Source of the DNA: Eukaryota sp. TZLM1-RC
Taxonomy: Eukaryota > Protista > Metamonada: BaSk clade
DNA: 64,000 nt
Direction: 5' to 3'
Assembly: GCA_040285825.1 (NCBI GenBank)
Contig: JAUPSS010000002.1
Location: 1,612,001-1,676,000, forward strand
The first letter of the stretch is position 1; each line of letters opens with the position of its first letter. The notes beneath the pieces were generated by a model, which was given only the letters and a program-made list of their open reading frames with translations, was not told the origin of the DNA and did no database searches. Positions 34,372 to 46,481 of the stretch are shown in pieces. Position numbers and translations under genes: made by a program.

Positions 34372-37251
34372 CTAAATTTTTTTCTTTTTTGACTTTTTCA
34401 TATCTGTATTTGCTGTGGAAGCTGTGCGTTTCAAACTAACAACATCCTTGACACCAGAAATTTCAGAAATGTGGTCTTCTACAAGTTTTCCTTCAGCAAT
34501 CAACTCTCCTTTCATTTCAGAAAGAGCATTGACTACTTGAGGAGTTCCTTCACCCAGGGATAAATCATTCTCCACACTATTTTGTTTCACTGTTCTCAAA
34601 TGTTCAGCAATCTTTCGTAAAGTTTTGTTTAAAAGAGTTATTGTTTGAGATACTGAAATGTTCAGTTCCTTACTGATGGTTGAGACGCTTTTCCGTTGAA
34701 GACCATGGCTGACCAGAACTGAAGCCTGAGCAGCAGACAACGGAATAGGAAGTTCAAGAGAGACCCATGAAAGGGCAAGGAAGGGGACAATATCTGCGAT
34801 AACAGACCGATCTGCAAGATTTCTCGAGTAGGTGGAGATTCTAATTCGGTCTCTGCTAGTCAAGAAGCTCAAAAAGAGGGAATTTTGATTGATTGGTTGA
34901 GGGTCAAGTTCTGGGTCTAACGCTTCTAGGGCAAGAGTAGATTCAAGTTGACTCAACTCTCCTCCAAGCAACACTTTAAGTCTATTTTTGTAATCAATTG
35001 CCAACTCATCAAGCCAACCATCTTTAGCAGTCACAACCTCTTCTTGACTGATTGATGACGTGATTGATGATGTGATTGTTTTCAGTACAATTCCAGTGTA
35101 TTCACCAGTAATATCAGATGGGGACAGTCTAGAATAAACCAAATGAAACCCATTTGACTTCCAAAATGAAAGTAGTTTTGTGGACAAGCCAAAGCTAGAT
35201 CCAATCCAATGTAAATTCCAAGGCAAAAGGTCATTAATAGGGGTCAAAAGTGGAGGAAAAGAGGAAGGATCGATTAATTCTGACCCATTCCCATCAACAG
35301 AATCAACAAAGGTCAACCCCATCACGTCATCATTTTGATCTTCCAACCAAGACTTAAACAACTCAAGTGTTTTGCTTCCATAACCCATTCCCATTAGAGA
35401 AGGATGAACGGCTAAACGAACTACCCTAGCCCCAGACAATATAGAAAAGTCTTCAACCAAACAATTTTGAGACAGAGTCCATGGAATCAAGTCTCCAGAT
35501 TTCCGCTCTCCACTCCTCAGCTGCTGCTCTACCTCTTCTTGCTGAATCTGTCCTTCAAGAGAGACATGGAGAATGGACAGAATGGGTACAGAAGAGGGCT
35601 TGGCACTGGTGAGAGGTGGCATAAGAACAAATAGTCTATGGGTGGGGCTGTCAGCTAACAGAGCAAGCTCATCAGGGGAATTTCTGTAATGTGCAGAAAC
35701 TAAAATTGAATAAACATTACGGAGAAAACCATCAGAACTTTTGTGCCCTGAAAACAAAGTATCTCTATTGACCATGTAAAGTGAACACTCACCAAGTGAA
35801 GGCAAGGCCTGCGGAGTGGGAGGGGTCTTGATGGTGGCATTGAGGACAAGCAGGTCGTAAAGCCAAGATTCTATCGGATCTCCTTCGCAGTATCTAATTG
35901 GCTCAGTAATTGTAACTTCCTTTAACTTGAAACCTCCATCATTGCTTTTCTTCTTCAATTCAGCCATTAGTTTCAGAGAGAGACTTCTTCCGGTACCTTC
36001 ATAACCAGAGACAGTAGAGGCCATGAACACATCTCTCTTTTCTGACACAAGACTTGGTTCGATAGCTTTCTTGACAAGGGGTAAAGGGATGGCAGCAGCT
36101 TCATCAATTACTAACAGATCGCACCCTGTTTCGTTTACTTTGGTAGGGTGAATGTACCGAATTGTTTGACGTTGGTTCTTGAATATTGTAACCCCAATTA
36201 CTATTTTGGCTTTCTTTTTTTCAGTATCCAAATAATTGACTATAAAATCCGAATGTTCAGTGTAATCAAGAGCCTCCAGTCCTTTTACCACAAACTCAAA
36301 GAAAGTGGACAAGTTTTCAGCAGAAGGAGAAGTAACAACAACTAATGAATATCCAAAGCTTACAGCTCCGGCCACAGACAACCCCAGCCCGGCACTCTTT
36401 CCCCTTCCCCTGGCAGCAGTGACAAGGGTAAGAGAAGAGGAAATGTGGTCTTCCGAGAGGGAATCCAAAAGAGAAAGGATCGACTTGGCTTGGTCTTCAG
36501 TGTAGCAGAGTTTAGTTAAATCATGGGGAGCCCCAGTGTCTTCGAGTTGTTCGGCCAACTCAGCAACACGTGATAGTCGTTGGGAGTCTTGGGGTCTCGA
36601 AAAGTCAAGCTCATTAATGCCAGCCTGGGCATTCGAGAGGGGGAGCACATTGAGCATATCATCAACCACCAGACAAGAGCTACATTTTTGTAAAGTAGAT
36701 ACAAACCTCCTGTTAAACCTTGGAATTGGTGCTTGCCTAAACTTCGCATGAGTGTCCATGGCAAGAGAGTGGAGTGCACGAAGAGAATTGATGGAGGAGA
36801 GCAGCAGAACGACGAGGCCACCTCCAGCAATAGTTTCGATGGTTTTGGCCAATATGTTTGGGGTTAGTGCTTCAAAGTCTTGAAGAACTAGCATAGCGAA
36901 GGTTTTTCCAAGTATTGTATGGGCTTCTGAGTAGTAAGTGTATCGAATATCAGTAGATGAGATGAACAGCTCAAAAGGATCATCTGCAGCAGTCTCCATG
37001 AGTCCTTTAGAAATCTTCTTCTTAATTTGCTTCATACGTTTCTTACGATGGCTGGAGAAGCCTAATTCTTCCTTGTAGCACCACAAAACAGAAGGACGAG
37101 CCTTTACCATGGCTTTAGCTAAAATGTAGTGAAGATTGACGACCTGATCACGTGCATGATCACCAACAATTGCAAACAAAGAACGATGACCAGATTTGAC
37201 TCCATTCTCTATAAGTGTTCTAATGCGAGGATCTACTTTCTTTCTAGACAT
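34372..37251 (-). CDS. NAT10: RNA cytidine acetyltransferase NAT10/Kre33
   Basis: MSRKKVDPRIRTLIENGV, LVLQDFEALTPN, AARGRGKSA, DEAAAIP, SAHYRNSP, GNAT RVVRLAVHP..MGYGS. Confidence 0.97.
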   Translation of the reverse strand: MSRKKVDPRIRTLIENGVKSGHRSLFAIVGDHARDQVVNLHYILAKAMVKARPSVLWCYKEELGFSSHRKKRMKQIKKKISKGLMETAADDPFELFISSTDIRYTYYSEAHTILGKTFAMLVLQDFEALTPNILAKTIETIAGGGLVVLLLSSINSLRALHSLAMDTHAKFRQAPIPRFNRRFVSTLQKCSSCLVVDDMLNVLPLSNAQAGINELDFSRPQDSQRLSRVAELAEQLEDTGAPHDLTKLCYTEDQAKSILSLLDSLSEDHISSSLTLVTAARGRGKSAGLGLSVAGAVSFGYSLVVVTSPSAENLSTFFEFVVKGLEALDYTEHSDFIVNYLDTEKKKAKIVIGVTIFKNQRQTIRYIHPTKVNETGCDLLVIDEAAAIPLPLVKKAIEPSLVSEKRDVFMASTVSGYEGTGRSLSLKLMAELKKKSNDGGFKLKEVTITEPIRYCEGDPIESWLYDLLVLNATIKTPPTPQALPSLGECSLYMVNRDTLFSGHKSSDGFLRNVYSILVSAHYRNSPDELALLADSPTHRLFVLMPPLTSAKPSSVPILSILHVSLEGQIQQEEVEQQLRSGERKSGDLIPWTLSQNCLVEDFSILSGARVVRLAVHPSLMGMGYGSKTLELFKSWLEDQNDDVMGLTFVDSVDGNGSELIDPSSFPPLLTPINDLLPWNLHWIGSSFGLSTKLLSFWKSNGFHLVYSRLSPSDITGEYTGIVLKTITSSITSSISQEEVVTAKDGWLDELAIDYKNRLKVLLGGELSQLESTLALEALDPELDPQPINQNSLFLSFLTSRDRIRISTYSRNLADRSVIADIVPFLALSWVSLELPIPLSAAQASVLVSHGLQRKSVSTISKELNISVSQTITLLNKTLRKIAEHLRTVKQNSVENDLSLGEGTPQVVNALSEMKGELIAEGKLVEDHISEISGVKDVVSLKRTASTANTDMKKSKKKKI

Positions 37252-38375
37252 GTGATACTTTAAAAAGGTATGACAACGGTGAAGAGTTCTAGTTATGGTG
37301 TCACGGAATTGTGCTCATAATTGTAAAATCTTATCTTTTATCTTTTACCCTCTTCATTTATATTATTCATACAATATTATTCATTTATTTCATTCTAAAA
37401 CCACTCAAAAATCGTGTTTCTTCAGTGATGAACACGTGACTCTTTTGCCATTTTTGGTGAAGAAGGTATTGGGTCTGTCAGCTGGTATCGAAATTATTGA
37501 TTTTTCAGCAAAGTTATTAATTTTGACGTCTTCGGCACTACTCAATGGTGAATTGTACGATAGTGAAAATATCTTTTTAAAGCACAGTTTCTGCACAGTT
37601 ACTGGAGCTTTATAACAGATCATCTACTTGTCAGTTAGAGTTACCGTTTTCACCCATCAGCATTTTCTTTATTTTCTATTCAATTTCTTAAATATTGAAA
37701 ATCTATTTGCTCAAATTCCATACACACCATTGAAAACTTACGTATAGAGTTCTCCTCATTATATCTTCCAAGTGATAACAACGGGTTAGAAGCAAACAGT
37801 TACATACATTTCTTTAAAAATTGAAAATCCTATTATATTTTGTTAGAAAGTTCAGTCACAAATTCTTCCAGTTCTATTTTTAACAAATCTACAACAAAAA
37901 AATACAATTTATTATAACTTTTTTGATGGCTAATTTACAGTGACATTTGTAGAACAAGATAAAAAACATTTGTGAAATCAACATTTTTGAGTTAGAAACA
38001 TTTTCAGCAGGAATTGAAGAAAGAGACGGACTAACCCAAAGCATAAAGCAAAGCAAGAAGACACTATCCTAATGTTTGGTGTTCAATGGAACTTTTCAAC
38101 AACATGTATTCTGGGAGTTCTTTCATTTTCATGGGATTTACAACTCTCTGAACCTTGGGCAAATTATATTGTAATTTTGAACTCCAAAAGAGTTTGGGTA
38201 AACAATTTTCTATTTAAATGTGTATACCTTTAACTTTGTCTCATGGTGAATCAACAATTGCAGTGTTTAGCGGTTATCTAATCACTTTATTATAAAATAG
38301 ATTTAAGATGGTGTTGATAAAAACAAGTATATAAACAAATTTAATACATTTTTACCAATAATAATCTAAATACAA

Positions 38376-39146
38376 CTATGTTCTTTTCAGTCCAAAACCA
38401 AGCGAATTGTAACCAATAGAAAACAACCCACCCTTGACGTGAACTTGAATACTAGTATTGGAAGCAAATGTTTCAGGATCAAACTCAACATTGTTGGCTT
38501 CGGAATAGACAACCTTAGCGGCCACCATAGAATAAGCAATTTCAAGAGTAACGTCTTCTTCCGTGTAACGAACATTGGACCCAACAATTGGGTAAAAAGT
38601 GCGCTGCATGTCATCTTCCCGAACAGCAACAGTAGGATCCTCTGGACCAGAGAGGGGAACTGATCTTGCAATCCTGACTGCATGGTGGTCAGGTTCTTTT
38701 TTCAGGAAGAATGCACTGGGGGAGAACTTTGAGGTTGTAAAGTTTAGCTTACCATGGTGAACATAGATGATTTCATCAAGAGAGGTCTTCTCAAAGCGCT
38801 CAACAACCTTTTTCTTGAAATCGTACTTGACACGAATGACATGTGATGTAGTGACAATGAGGAGACGTTCTTGGAAACATCCAGTTGAATTAATTGAAGT
38901 GACCATCCACCATTTTATGACCTCTTCGCCATCGTCGAGAATACCATCGGAACCAATGGCGGTTTCGAAAGCTTCTTGGTAGACCGCATCAGCAAGCCAG
39001 TAGAATTCCGAGTTAGAAAGTAATTCTTTAAGACGAGATGTGTCACCCTTAAAGGCAGTCTCACGTAAGAGTGCTTGATGTTTAGAGAGGGAAGTAGCAA
39101 ATTCAAGGTCTTCAGGAGTCGTAACGTTGAGTTCAGAGTCGCTCAT
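38376..39146 (-). CDS. Stand-alone hSac2-domain protein (TPRG1/INPP5F C-terminal-like)
   Basis: WWMVTSIN....QERLLIVT...IRVKYDF....V.RFE...LDEI..V.HG matches my recollection of the hSac2 PH-like domain. Confidence 0.65.
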   Translation of the reverse strand: MSDSELNVTTPEDLEFATSLSKHQALLRETAFKGDTSRLKELLSNSEFYWLADAVYQEAFETAIGSDGILDDGEEVIKWWMVTSINSTGCFQERLLIVTTSHVIRVKYDFKKKVVERFEKTSLDEIIYVHHGKLNFTTSKFSPSAFFLKKEPDHHAVRIARSVPLSGPEDPTVAVREDDMQRTFYPIVGSNVRYTEEDVTLEIAYSMVAAKVVYSEANNVEFDPETFASNTSIQVHVKGGLFSIGYNSLGFGLKRT

Positions 39147-39150
39147 ACTG

Positions 39151-39171
39151 ACAGATGTTGTCTATAACAAT
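39151..39171 (-). promoter_or_regulatory. ATG-proximal conserved motif upstream of the hSac2 gene
   Basis: Sense ATTGTTATAGACAACATCTGT, 4 nt before the ATG; 20/21 identical to 55014-55034. Confidence 0.7.
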
Positions 39172-39196
39172 GGAATGAGTCCCAAACAATATAATT

Positions 39197-41408
39197 GTAT
39201 TTATTGAATTTACACACTAAATTAAATTAACTCAATACTAATGGGACGATTATCATTGAACCAAGATTTCCTCTACAAAATCTTGATCTGCTTGCTGTCT
39301 AGCTAAAACTTCTCTTATTCGGTTGAAACACCGAAGCAATCTATTAATAATAGCAAATTGAATCCGTGAACGAACGCCATACAAAAATATCAAATTTTTT
39401 CATTGTTTTTTCTTGAACCATTTTTTGGAAATCATTCAAAAAAAATTTTCTGCTTCAACTGATAATCTTCCATTTATCGAAAATGGGAAAACAATAAAAA
39501 CCAGCTGTGTATTTCTCTCGGCATTAGCTTCTTCCATATCTTTATCATATTTTCTATGTTTTTCTTTTGCTTTAAAATCAAGAGCACTTACAGGATTAAG
39601 TTTTCTTCTGTGAACCAAAGTATCATTAGCAACATTGCATGAGACAAAGTCTACAATAACTTCAGAATTATCAATGATAATTTTCCAGATGGGCCTGCTG
39701 CTTTCCCTTTTGGTAATTTTTGAATACCTTTAAGAACTTCTATTGCAGTAATAGGATTTTCAATCCAAAAAGAACACACATCAGGCTTGCTGCACTTGAA
39801 ATTTTCTTGAGGATACAACTTTTGAAGTTTTTCAAGGGTATCAGAATTTGCATCAGCCAAAGAAGAGGAAAACAAGGACTGCCATGCGGCACCGTAACGA
39901 CAACGTAAACACAATTTTCGGCAAATTTTTGATTTTACAATTTTTCTATTTCCAAATTTGTTTTTAAAACAATTTTTGTTTTTCGAGCAAAATATTTCCA
40001 GAAGGATGAAATATTCCACTTATTATTTTTCAATTCAGAAGTAAAGTTTCTCATTTCCATTGAGAAGGGAATTCAATTTATCCAATCACAGTATACATAT
40101 TATTCAATGACTGTGTTTCCTTCTGCAGAGGCTCTTTGACACACGAAATTCTTGCAGTTTGTGCCATATTGAAAACAGTGTCTCTAACAGCATCATGTAA
40201 TGAAGAACGATAATTTATCAATTTAGAGCAATTCAGAGCATGGCACAAAGCGAGTTGAGGTGAATTCGAACAAATACATTTTTCTTTTGATAATAATTGA
40301 TTAATGGGGATGTTCAAATATAATCTCATTTTTGTTACAAATGCTTCATTAGTGGCACAATCCAAATCTTCGTGGTACAATAGTTACAAAAGGTGAAGAA
40401 TCTGACGACTTGTTTTCACAAACACCCTTTTCCAATAACAATGAGTGAAGATCTGGATTTAAAACAGCCGATCTGCATATATTATTATAGAGATCTTTTT
40501 CATACATTCCAGTCAATCGTTTCTGTAATGTTCGAAGAGTGTACTTCAAATTTAAAACATTTTTTTCTGGAATATTGCCATTGAATGATTGGGGAAAACA
40601 TCGACCCCATTTTTCTACATCAATTTTTGAAATTTCTTCATTTAATGCAAAAACAGTGGAACTTTGCGTTGTCATCAATAAATCTTCCCAATCTGCAAAT
40701 CTTTCGGAAAACTCAAAGATTGCATTTCTGCATCCACCAACAAAAGCACACGAGGTAAGAATAGAAGCCTTCGTCCACCCTAAACCGCCATAATGTGGAC
40801 TAAGGTAAGCATGATCTGGAATTTGAAACATTTTACATCCCAGTAATTGAGACAGAACTTTTGCACGTAACTCATTAAACTTCTGAGCCAAAGGTCTAGT
40901 GACGAGAGGATTTGTAGATCGAAATATATGATTAAAATTGGAACCAAAACACAGTCATATAATGGTAAATTTGATGTGTTTTTTTATATCTAAATTCATC
41001 ATTCGGTCAATTTTGTCAGAAATTGAGTTCAACTTTTCAAACAATTTTTTGGTAATTTCATCATTATTTCCTAAAAACGAACCCAAATGACGAATAGCAT
41101 CAATTGAATATAATTTGGCATGAATTTCAATACCATCAACTATTGTGGAAACTGGAGAATTCGATAACAAAACACATTTAAGTAAATTAAGTCGGAGACC
41201 AATTTTGGTAAATAATTCTTTAAAACATACAGTTGCTTGTTTCACAATATTTAAATCACCAATAAGCACAACATCATCCATATATGCAATCATTTTTAGT
41301 GAAGGAAACATCTCTTGAATTTGCAGTAAAATAGGATGAATGGCCAAACAAAACAAAAGAGGCCCTAACGGATCTCCTTGCTTTACACCACTTGATGAAC
41401 TCAAAATG
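39197..41408 (-). mobile_element. Internally deleted duplicate of the A/B nested composite (A 3' end, B fragment, A)
   Basis: Same B/A junction (agaagggaatt.aatttatccaatcacagtatacatattattc) and same small indels (gaacgaacgcc) as 21816-27827. Confidence 0.85.
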
Positions 41409-41617
41409 TTAGTCCTAAACACAATTGTTTTTTGGGTGATTTAAAAAAATGCTCACGTTTCGGGCTACCTTTGCTTATATTCCATCAGCCATTCTCCTGA
41501 CACTGCTACTTTCAGTTGAGGTTATACTAACATTAACATCACTTATACGAAGAATTTATATCACTTTAGAGCTGATAAAGACCATTTGTCATCAAAGTGT
41601 TTATTTTTAATACTAGT

Positions 41618-42040
41618 CTATGCTACATCGTCATTCAGCAAGTCGAAATGATTTTCCATGTCTGAGTCTGGATGAACATCGTCCACGTCGATGAGTTCTG
41701 AGACATTGTCTTGTTGGAACAAGGACAACCAATCATCTTGTACCAGTGCAACTCTTTCGTAGGAGTTTTTGTAATACTCTAAACTATGAATTTTAGCTAT
41801 ACCATCAAATGGCACAACATGCTTCTTTAAATAAACAGCCAAACTGCGAGTACATGGGTATCCATCATTTTGCCACCCATTAAAACTACATTTTTTGTTG
41901 ATAAAGTCTACCGTGTGTGTACTATTTTCAAACCACACAACTTTATATACACTGTCATTGTTGACCATGTTTGCAATATATTCTGCATTTGCAGCCTTGT
42001 TGGTGGTAGAGATTGTTCCAAAGCATGTATGAGAAGAAAA
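41618..42040 (-). pseudogene. MULE transposase SWIM-finger relic
   Basis: HTVDFINKKCSFNGWQNDGYPCTRSLAV, a degenerate CxCxxWQxxGxPCxH. Confidence 0.6.
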
Positions 42041-42198
42041 GGCAATTATTTTAAAGTTGGGTTGTGTAACAGTGGCGACCTTGCGAGATTCAGAGCGTCT
42101 TCCAGGTCTAGTGGATGTACTACGTAACTCAAAAAAAGTACAAAGAAAGTACAAGTGGGATCTTTACACTTCAGTTTATTATTTTATTTAATAATCAC

Positions 42199-42874
42199 AT
42201 GCCTGAGTACGGTACTGTTAATTATTGGGAAGAACGCTATAAGAAGGAACCCAACACAAACTTTGATTGGTATATCACCTACACAAGCTTCAAATCTGTT
42301 ATCAACTCTCTTCTTGATGAGAATCACAGAATTCTTGTTGTTGGATGCGGTAACTCCAGTATGTTTCTTCCTTTTCTTACCATCAGGACTTTCACAGCAA
42401 CTTCATGATGATGGTTTTAAGCATGTTACTTCCATTGATATTTCCCAGTGGGTCATTGACCAAATGCAGGAGAAGTATAGGGAGACTTGTCCTGATCTCG
42501 AGTGGCAAGTCATGGATGTTAAACGCTTGGATTTCCCATCAGAATCTTTTGATGTGGTAATCGACAAGGGCACAATTGATGCCATTCTTTGTGGAAAAGA
42601 TAGCTTTGACAATGCCCACGCTGCTCATAAGGAAATTCAGAGAGTTCTTCAACCGAACGGCACATATATCAACATTACATATGGTACTCCCGAGGCACGT
42701 CTCGACCATTTCAAACAACCTGGTCTCAATTGGAATATAGAATTCAAGACGATTCCAAAGTCTCATGTTGGGACAGATGCTGATGCCGAGGACCATTCTA
42801 ACTATTTCTATGTTTATATTTTAAGCGGAAAATCTTCTAGTAACGGAACTGAAGATTCCACCAATATTGAATAG
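42199..42874 (+). CDS. Class I SAM methyltransferase, EEF1AKMT4/METTL13 N-domain-like, 215 aa; 28-nt intron 42359-42386
   Basis: YGTVNYWEERY, FDWY, LVVGCGNS|RLS after splicing, IDIS, FDVVIDKGTIDA. Confidence 0.9.
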
Positions 42875-43052
42875 ATGGTATTAATAAACTGTATTTTTAT
42901 GTAATTCATAGGTGTACAGTAACATACAAGAAATTTTCAGAAGTTAATCAAGTCATCTGATTACGTGGCTTGAATTCTCTTGAAATCTGTTATTTCTGGC
43001 ACAAATCGTTTAAATTGCACTTTACTTTGACATACACTATTTCTCTAGAAAC

Positions 43053-44676
43053 ATGTCTTCCAAACTTACATCTACTATTGCCGAAAAAGCTCAAGAATAC
43101 CTTCCTCTAGCTGTGGAGATGCTCAAGGAAGTGATCCGTATTCCTGCTGATTACGTCGACAAACCCACCTCTGAAGGTGGCGATCCTCAGTGTGGTCTCT
43201 CCAATCACGAAGGTCCTCGTGTTGAATATCTCAAGAGTAAAATCATTGAGATCGGAGCTGTAGCTAAGCCAGAAGATGTATACTTCGATCGCTATGGTAA
43301 TCTCATCTGGGATGTTGAAAACCCAGATGATGGTATTCCACGCGAACAAAAGAAGGTTATCTGGTACGATGGTCATACCGACACTGTACAAGCACTTCGT
43401 GAACAATGGCACAGCAAAATTGGTGGAGGAATCGATGTCTATGACGGCCTCACTGATATCTCTAGGGCAGACGAAGAATTCCTTAAGTCTCAACTCGGAC
43501 ATGTTCCTCCAAAATCTGAATGGGAACATCTTATTTTTGGTAGAGGTATGGTCTGCTAATTCTCTCACATTAGGAGGCGCTGATCAACTCGGTGGAGTTA
43601 TTTCCCAAGTCATTGCGACCAAGATCATGCTTGAAACTAAGGAACTTGGATCACTTGATGGCCTTATTTTGAAGTCAATTGGTACCATTACTGAAGAAGA
43701 TAATGATGGTGGTGGACCCATGTTCATCCTTAGAGAGTATCTCGCAAACGCTCCTTCCCATATGGCCCCTGATTGTGTTATGTTCACTGAGCCCACTGGT
43801 AGTTCTGAACGCGGAGCTCTCGGTATTTATCGTGGTCAGCGTGGTCGCATGATCATTGAAGTTGAAGTTATTGGTCAATCATGTCATGGAAGTATGCCTT
43901 GGATGGGAAAGAATCCCTTCGAATGGGGTTCTAAGATCATTGCCGAAGCTGCTGATGCTTATGACAAGATGGAAGGTATGATGGATGACCCATTCCTTGG
44001 TCATGGAACTCGTACCGCCTCTTGGTGCACCATTGATACTCCATCTGATTGCGCTGTTCCAGACCGTTTTGTCTTCAGGTTCGATCGTCGTCTTACTGCT
44101 GGAGAGACTGCTGAATTCGCTGTAAAAACTATTGAAGACCTCAAGGCTGTCTCCAATGCTCGCGATGCTGGTCTCACTGTCTCTGTACGTGTTCCACGTT
44201 ATACTGAAAAGAGTTGGAGAGGAACCCCCGCTGATAATGACATGATTTATCCCGGATGGAAGACTCCTGAAGATCATGAATGTTTGAAGGCCGCATGCAA
44301 GACTTACGAAGAAGTTGTTACCCCATATGTCACCAAGGAAGACATGGGTAATGGAGAATCATGGAGAATTAAGAAGGAAGTACGCCTCGAGCGTTTTGTT
44401 TTCTCTACCGATGGTGTTGGTTTTGTGAAAACTAAGGAGCAGTACCAAAAGATTGTTCCCAAGGAAGTTACTGATGCTAAAAAATGGTGTCAAGTCGGTG
44501 ATCTTTTGTGGCCCCCCATGGTTTGTTTTTTAAATTATACCTAATTCCAGTTGGCGTTCAGTGCTGGACATGAACAAAACACTCATAAAATTGGTGAGTT
44601 CACTGATGCCCGTGAATTGAAGCACGGTATTGCTTTCTTATCTAAATTCCCATCAATGTTTGCCGCCAAGAATTAA
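43053..44676 (+). CDS. M20/ArgE-DapE metallohydrolase, YgeY-like, 521 aa; introns 43546-43573 (28 nt) and 44521-44550 (30 nt)
   Basis: DGHTDTV, GRG|GADQ, EED, TEPT, GQRGRM.IEV...G.SCHGS.P, FSTDG; last exon LAFSAGHEQNTHKIGE supplies the final metal-binding His. Confidence 0.88.
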
Positions 44677-44841
44677 TAGTTTATCGAATTTCTTGGACAA
44701 TGGGTTTGTTCAATAAATTTCTATTTGTACAGTTCTCTAATTTGCGCCAATTAGCACTCGGTTACTATTTCACTTCAGAAAAAAATTGTGTAGAAGAATT
44801 ATAACCTTACATGTGAGTTTTAAAAGATTTAAAACTTTATA

Positions 44842-45905
44842 TTTATTGAACTTCCAAAGTAAACAAAATAAACTCAAAATTAATGGGACTAGAAATTTTC
44901 TGACACCTAATTACTGCCTCATAAATCACACCAATCATTTTTGGATCTCTGATGACATTTTTTAGACTGTTCTTTAAACCACCCATAGGGTTTATGTTTA
45001 ACAGTTTCCATGAATTGGTCATTGTTAAAGAAATTATATAACTAATGAGACGAAATTCATTGAACCAAGATTTCCTCTACAAAATGTTGATCTGCTTGCT
45101 GTTTAGCTAAAGCTTCTCTTATTCGATTGAAAAACCGAGGCAATCTTTTGATAATGGCAAACTGAATTAGAGAGCGCCATAAAAAAATATCAAGTCTTTT
45201 TATTGTTTATTCTTGAATCAGTTATTGGAAATCATTCAAAAAAGTTTCCGCTTCTACTAATAGTCTTTTGTTTATAGAAAATAGGAAAGCAATGAACACA
45301 AGTGGTCCATTTTTATCAGCATTAGTTTCTGCGATATTTTTGTCATATTTTCTATGTTATTCTTTGGTCTTAAATTCAAGAGCATCTACAGAAATAAGTT
45401 CTCTTCTTTGAACCAAAGTGTCATTTGCAACATTACAGAAGACAAAGTCAACAATTTCCTCAAAGTTCTCAATCCAATCACAGTATACATCACCTCTATC
45501 ATCAGAACCAAAATTATTCAATAACAATGTTCCCTTCAGCAGAGGCTCTTTGATACACGATATTCTTACAGTTTGTGCCATATTGAAAACAGTGTCTCTA
45601 ACAGCATCATGTAATGAAGAACGATAAGTTATCAATATAGAACAATTCAGAGCATGGCGCAAAGTGGGTTGAGGTGAATTCGAACAAATACATTTTTCTT
45701 TTAATAGTAATTGATTAAAGGGAATATTCAAATATAATATCATTTTTTGTTACAAACGCTTCATTATTAGAACACAGTCCAAATCTTCGTGGCACAATGG
45801 TCACAAACATAGAAGAATCTGATGACTGATTTTCACAAACACCTTTTTCCAATAATAATGAGTGCAGATCTTGATTTAAAACAGCCGAGCTGCATATATT
45901 TTTAC
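44842..45905 (-). mobile_element. Family A 5'-truncated copy with ~150-bp insert in its 3' UTR
   Basis: CCHC/RLE ORF 45357-45743; the 3' UTR is split between ~44842-44890 and ~45040. Confidence 0.8.
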
Positions 45906-46169
45906 AAAGACCGCTTGCTGTTGGAGTATTACTTTATTGATAGTTGTACATAATTTGACAAAGCAATTTTTTATTCATTGTAAAACTTTGGGAATTTTTC
46001 CATTTTGTCCCAAAGGTTTAAATTCTTAAAGTTTCTACAAATACGGTATTGAAATTTTTCGTTAAAATTTGATTGACAATTTGTCTGGTTAGGATACGGT
46101 ACCCTTCCATCATCATAATACACCTTTCAAATCAACAGTTAACAACAATTAACTTTGGCGGAGGTCGTG

Positions 46170-46462
46170 TACTTATTGCTTTCCCATTTTCGATAAACGG
46201 AAGACTATCAGTAGGAGCAGGAACTGTTTTGAATGATTTCCAAAAAATGTTTCAAGAAAAAACAATGAAAAGATTTGATATTTTTTTATGGCGCTCTCGG
46301 ATTCAATTTGTTGTTAATAGATTACCTCGGTTTTTCAATCAAATTAGAGAAGCTTTAGCTAGACAGCAAGCATATCAAGATTTTGTAGAGGAAATCTTGG
46401 TTCATTGAATTTTGTCCCATTAGTTATGAATTAATTTTATTAAGTGTGCAAGATGAATAAAA
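46170..46462 (+). mobile_element. Family A 3'-end fragment (plus strand)
   Basis: IAFPFSINGRLS...DFVEEILVH*, 3' UTR and aataaa followed by A residues. Confidence 0.85.
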
Positions 46463-46481
46463 AAATCGATCCCCACCTTGT

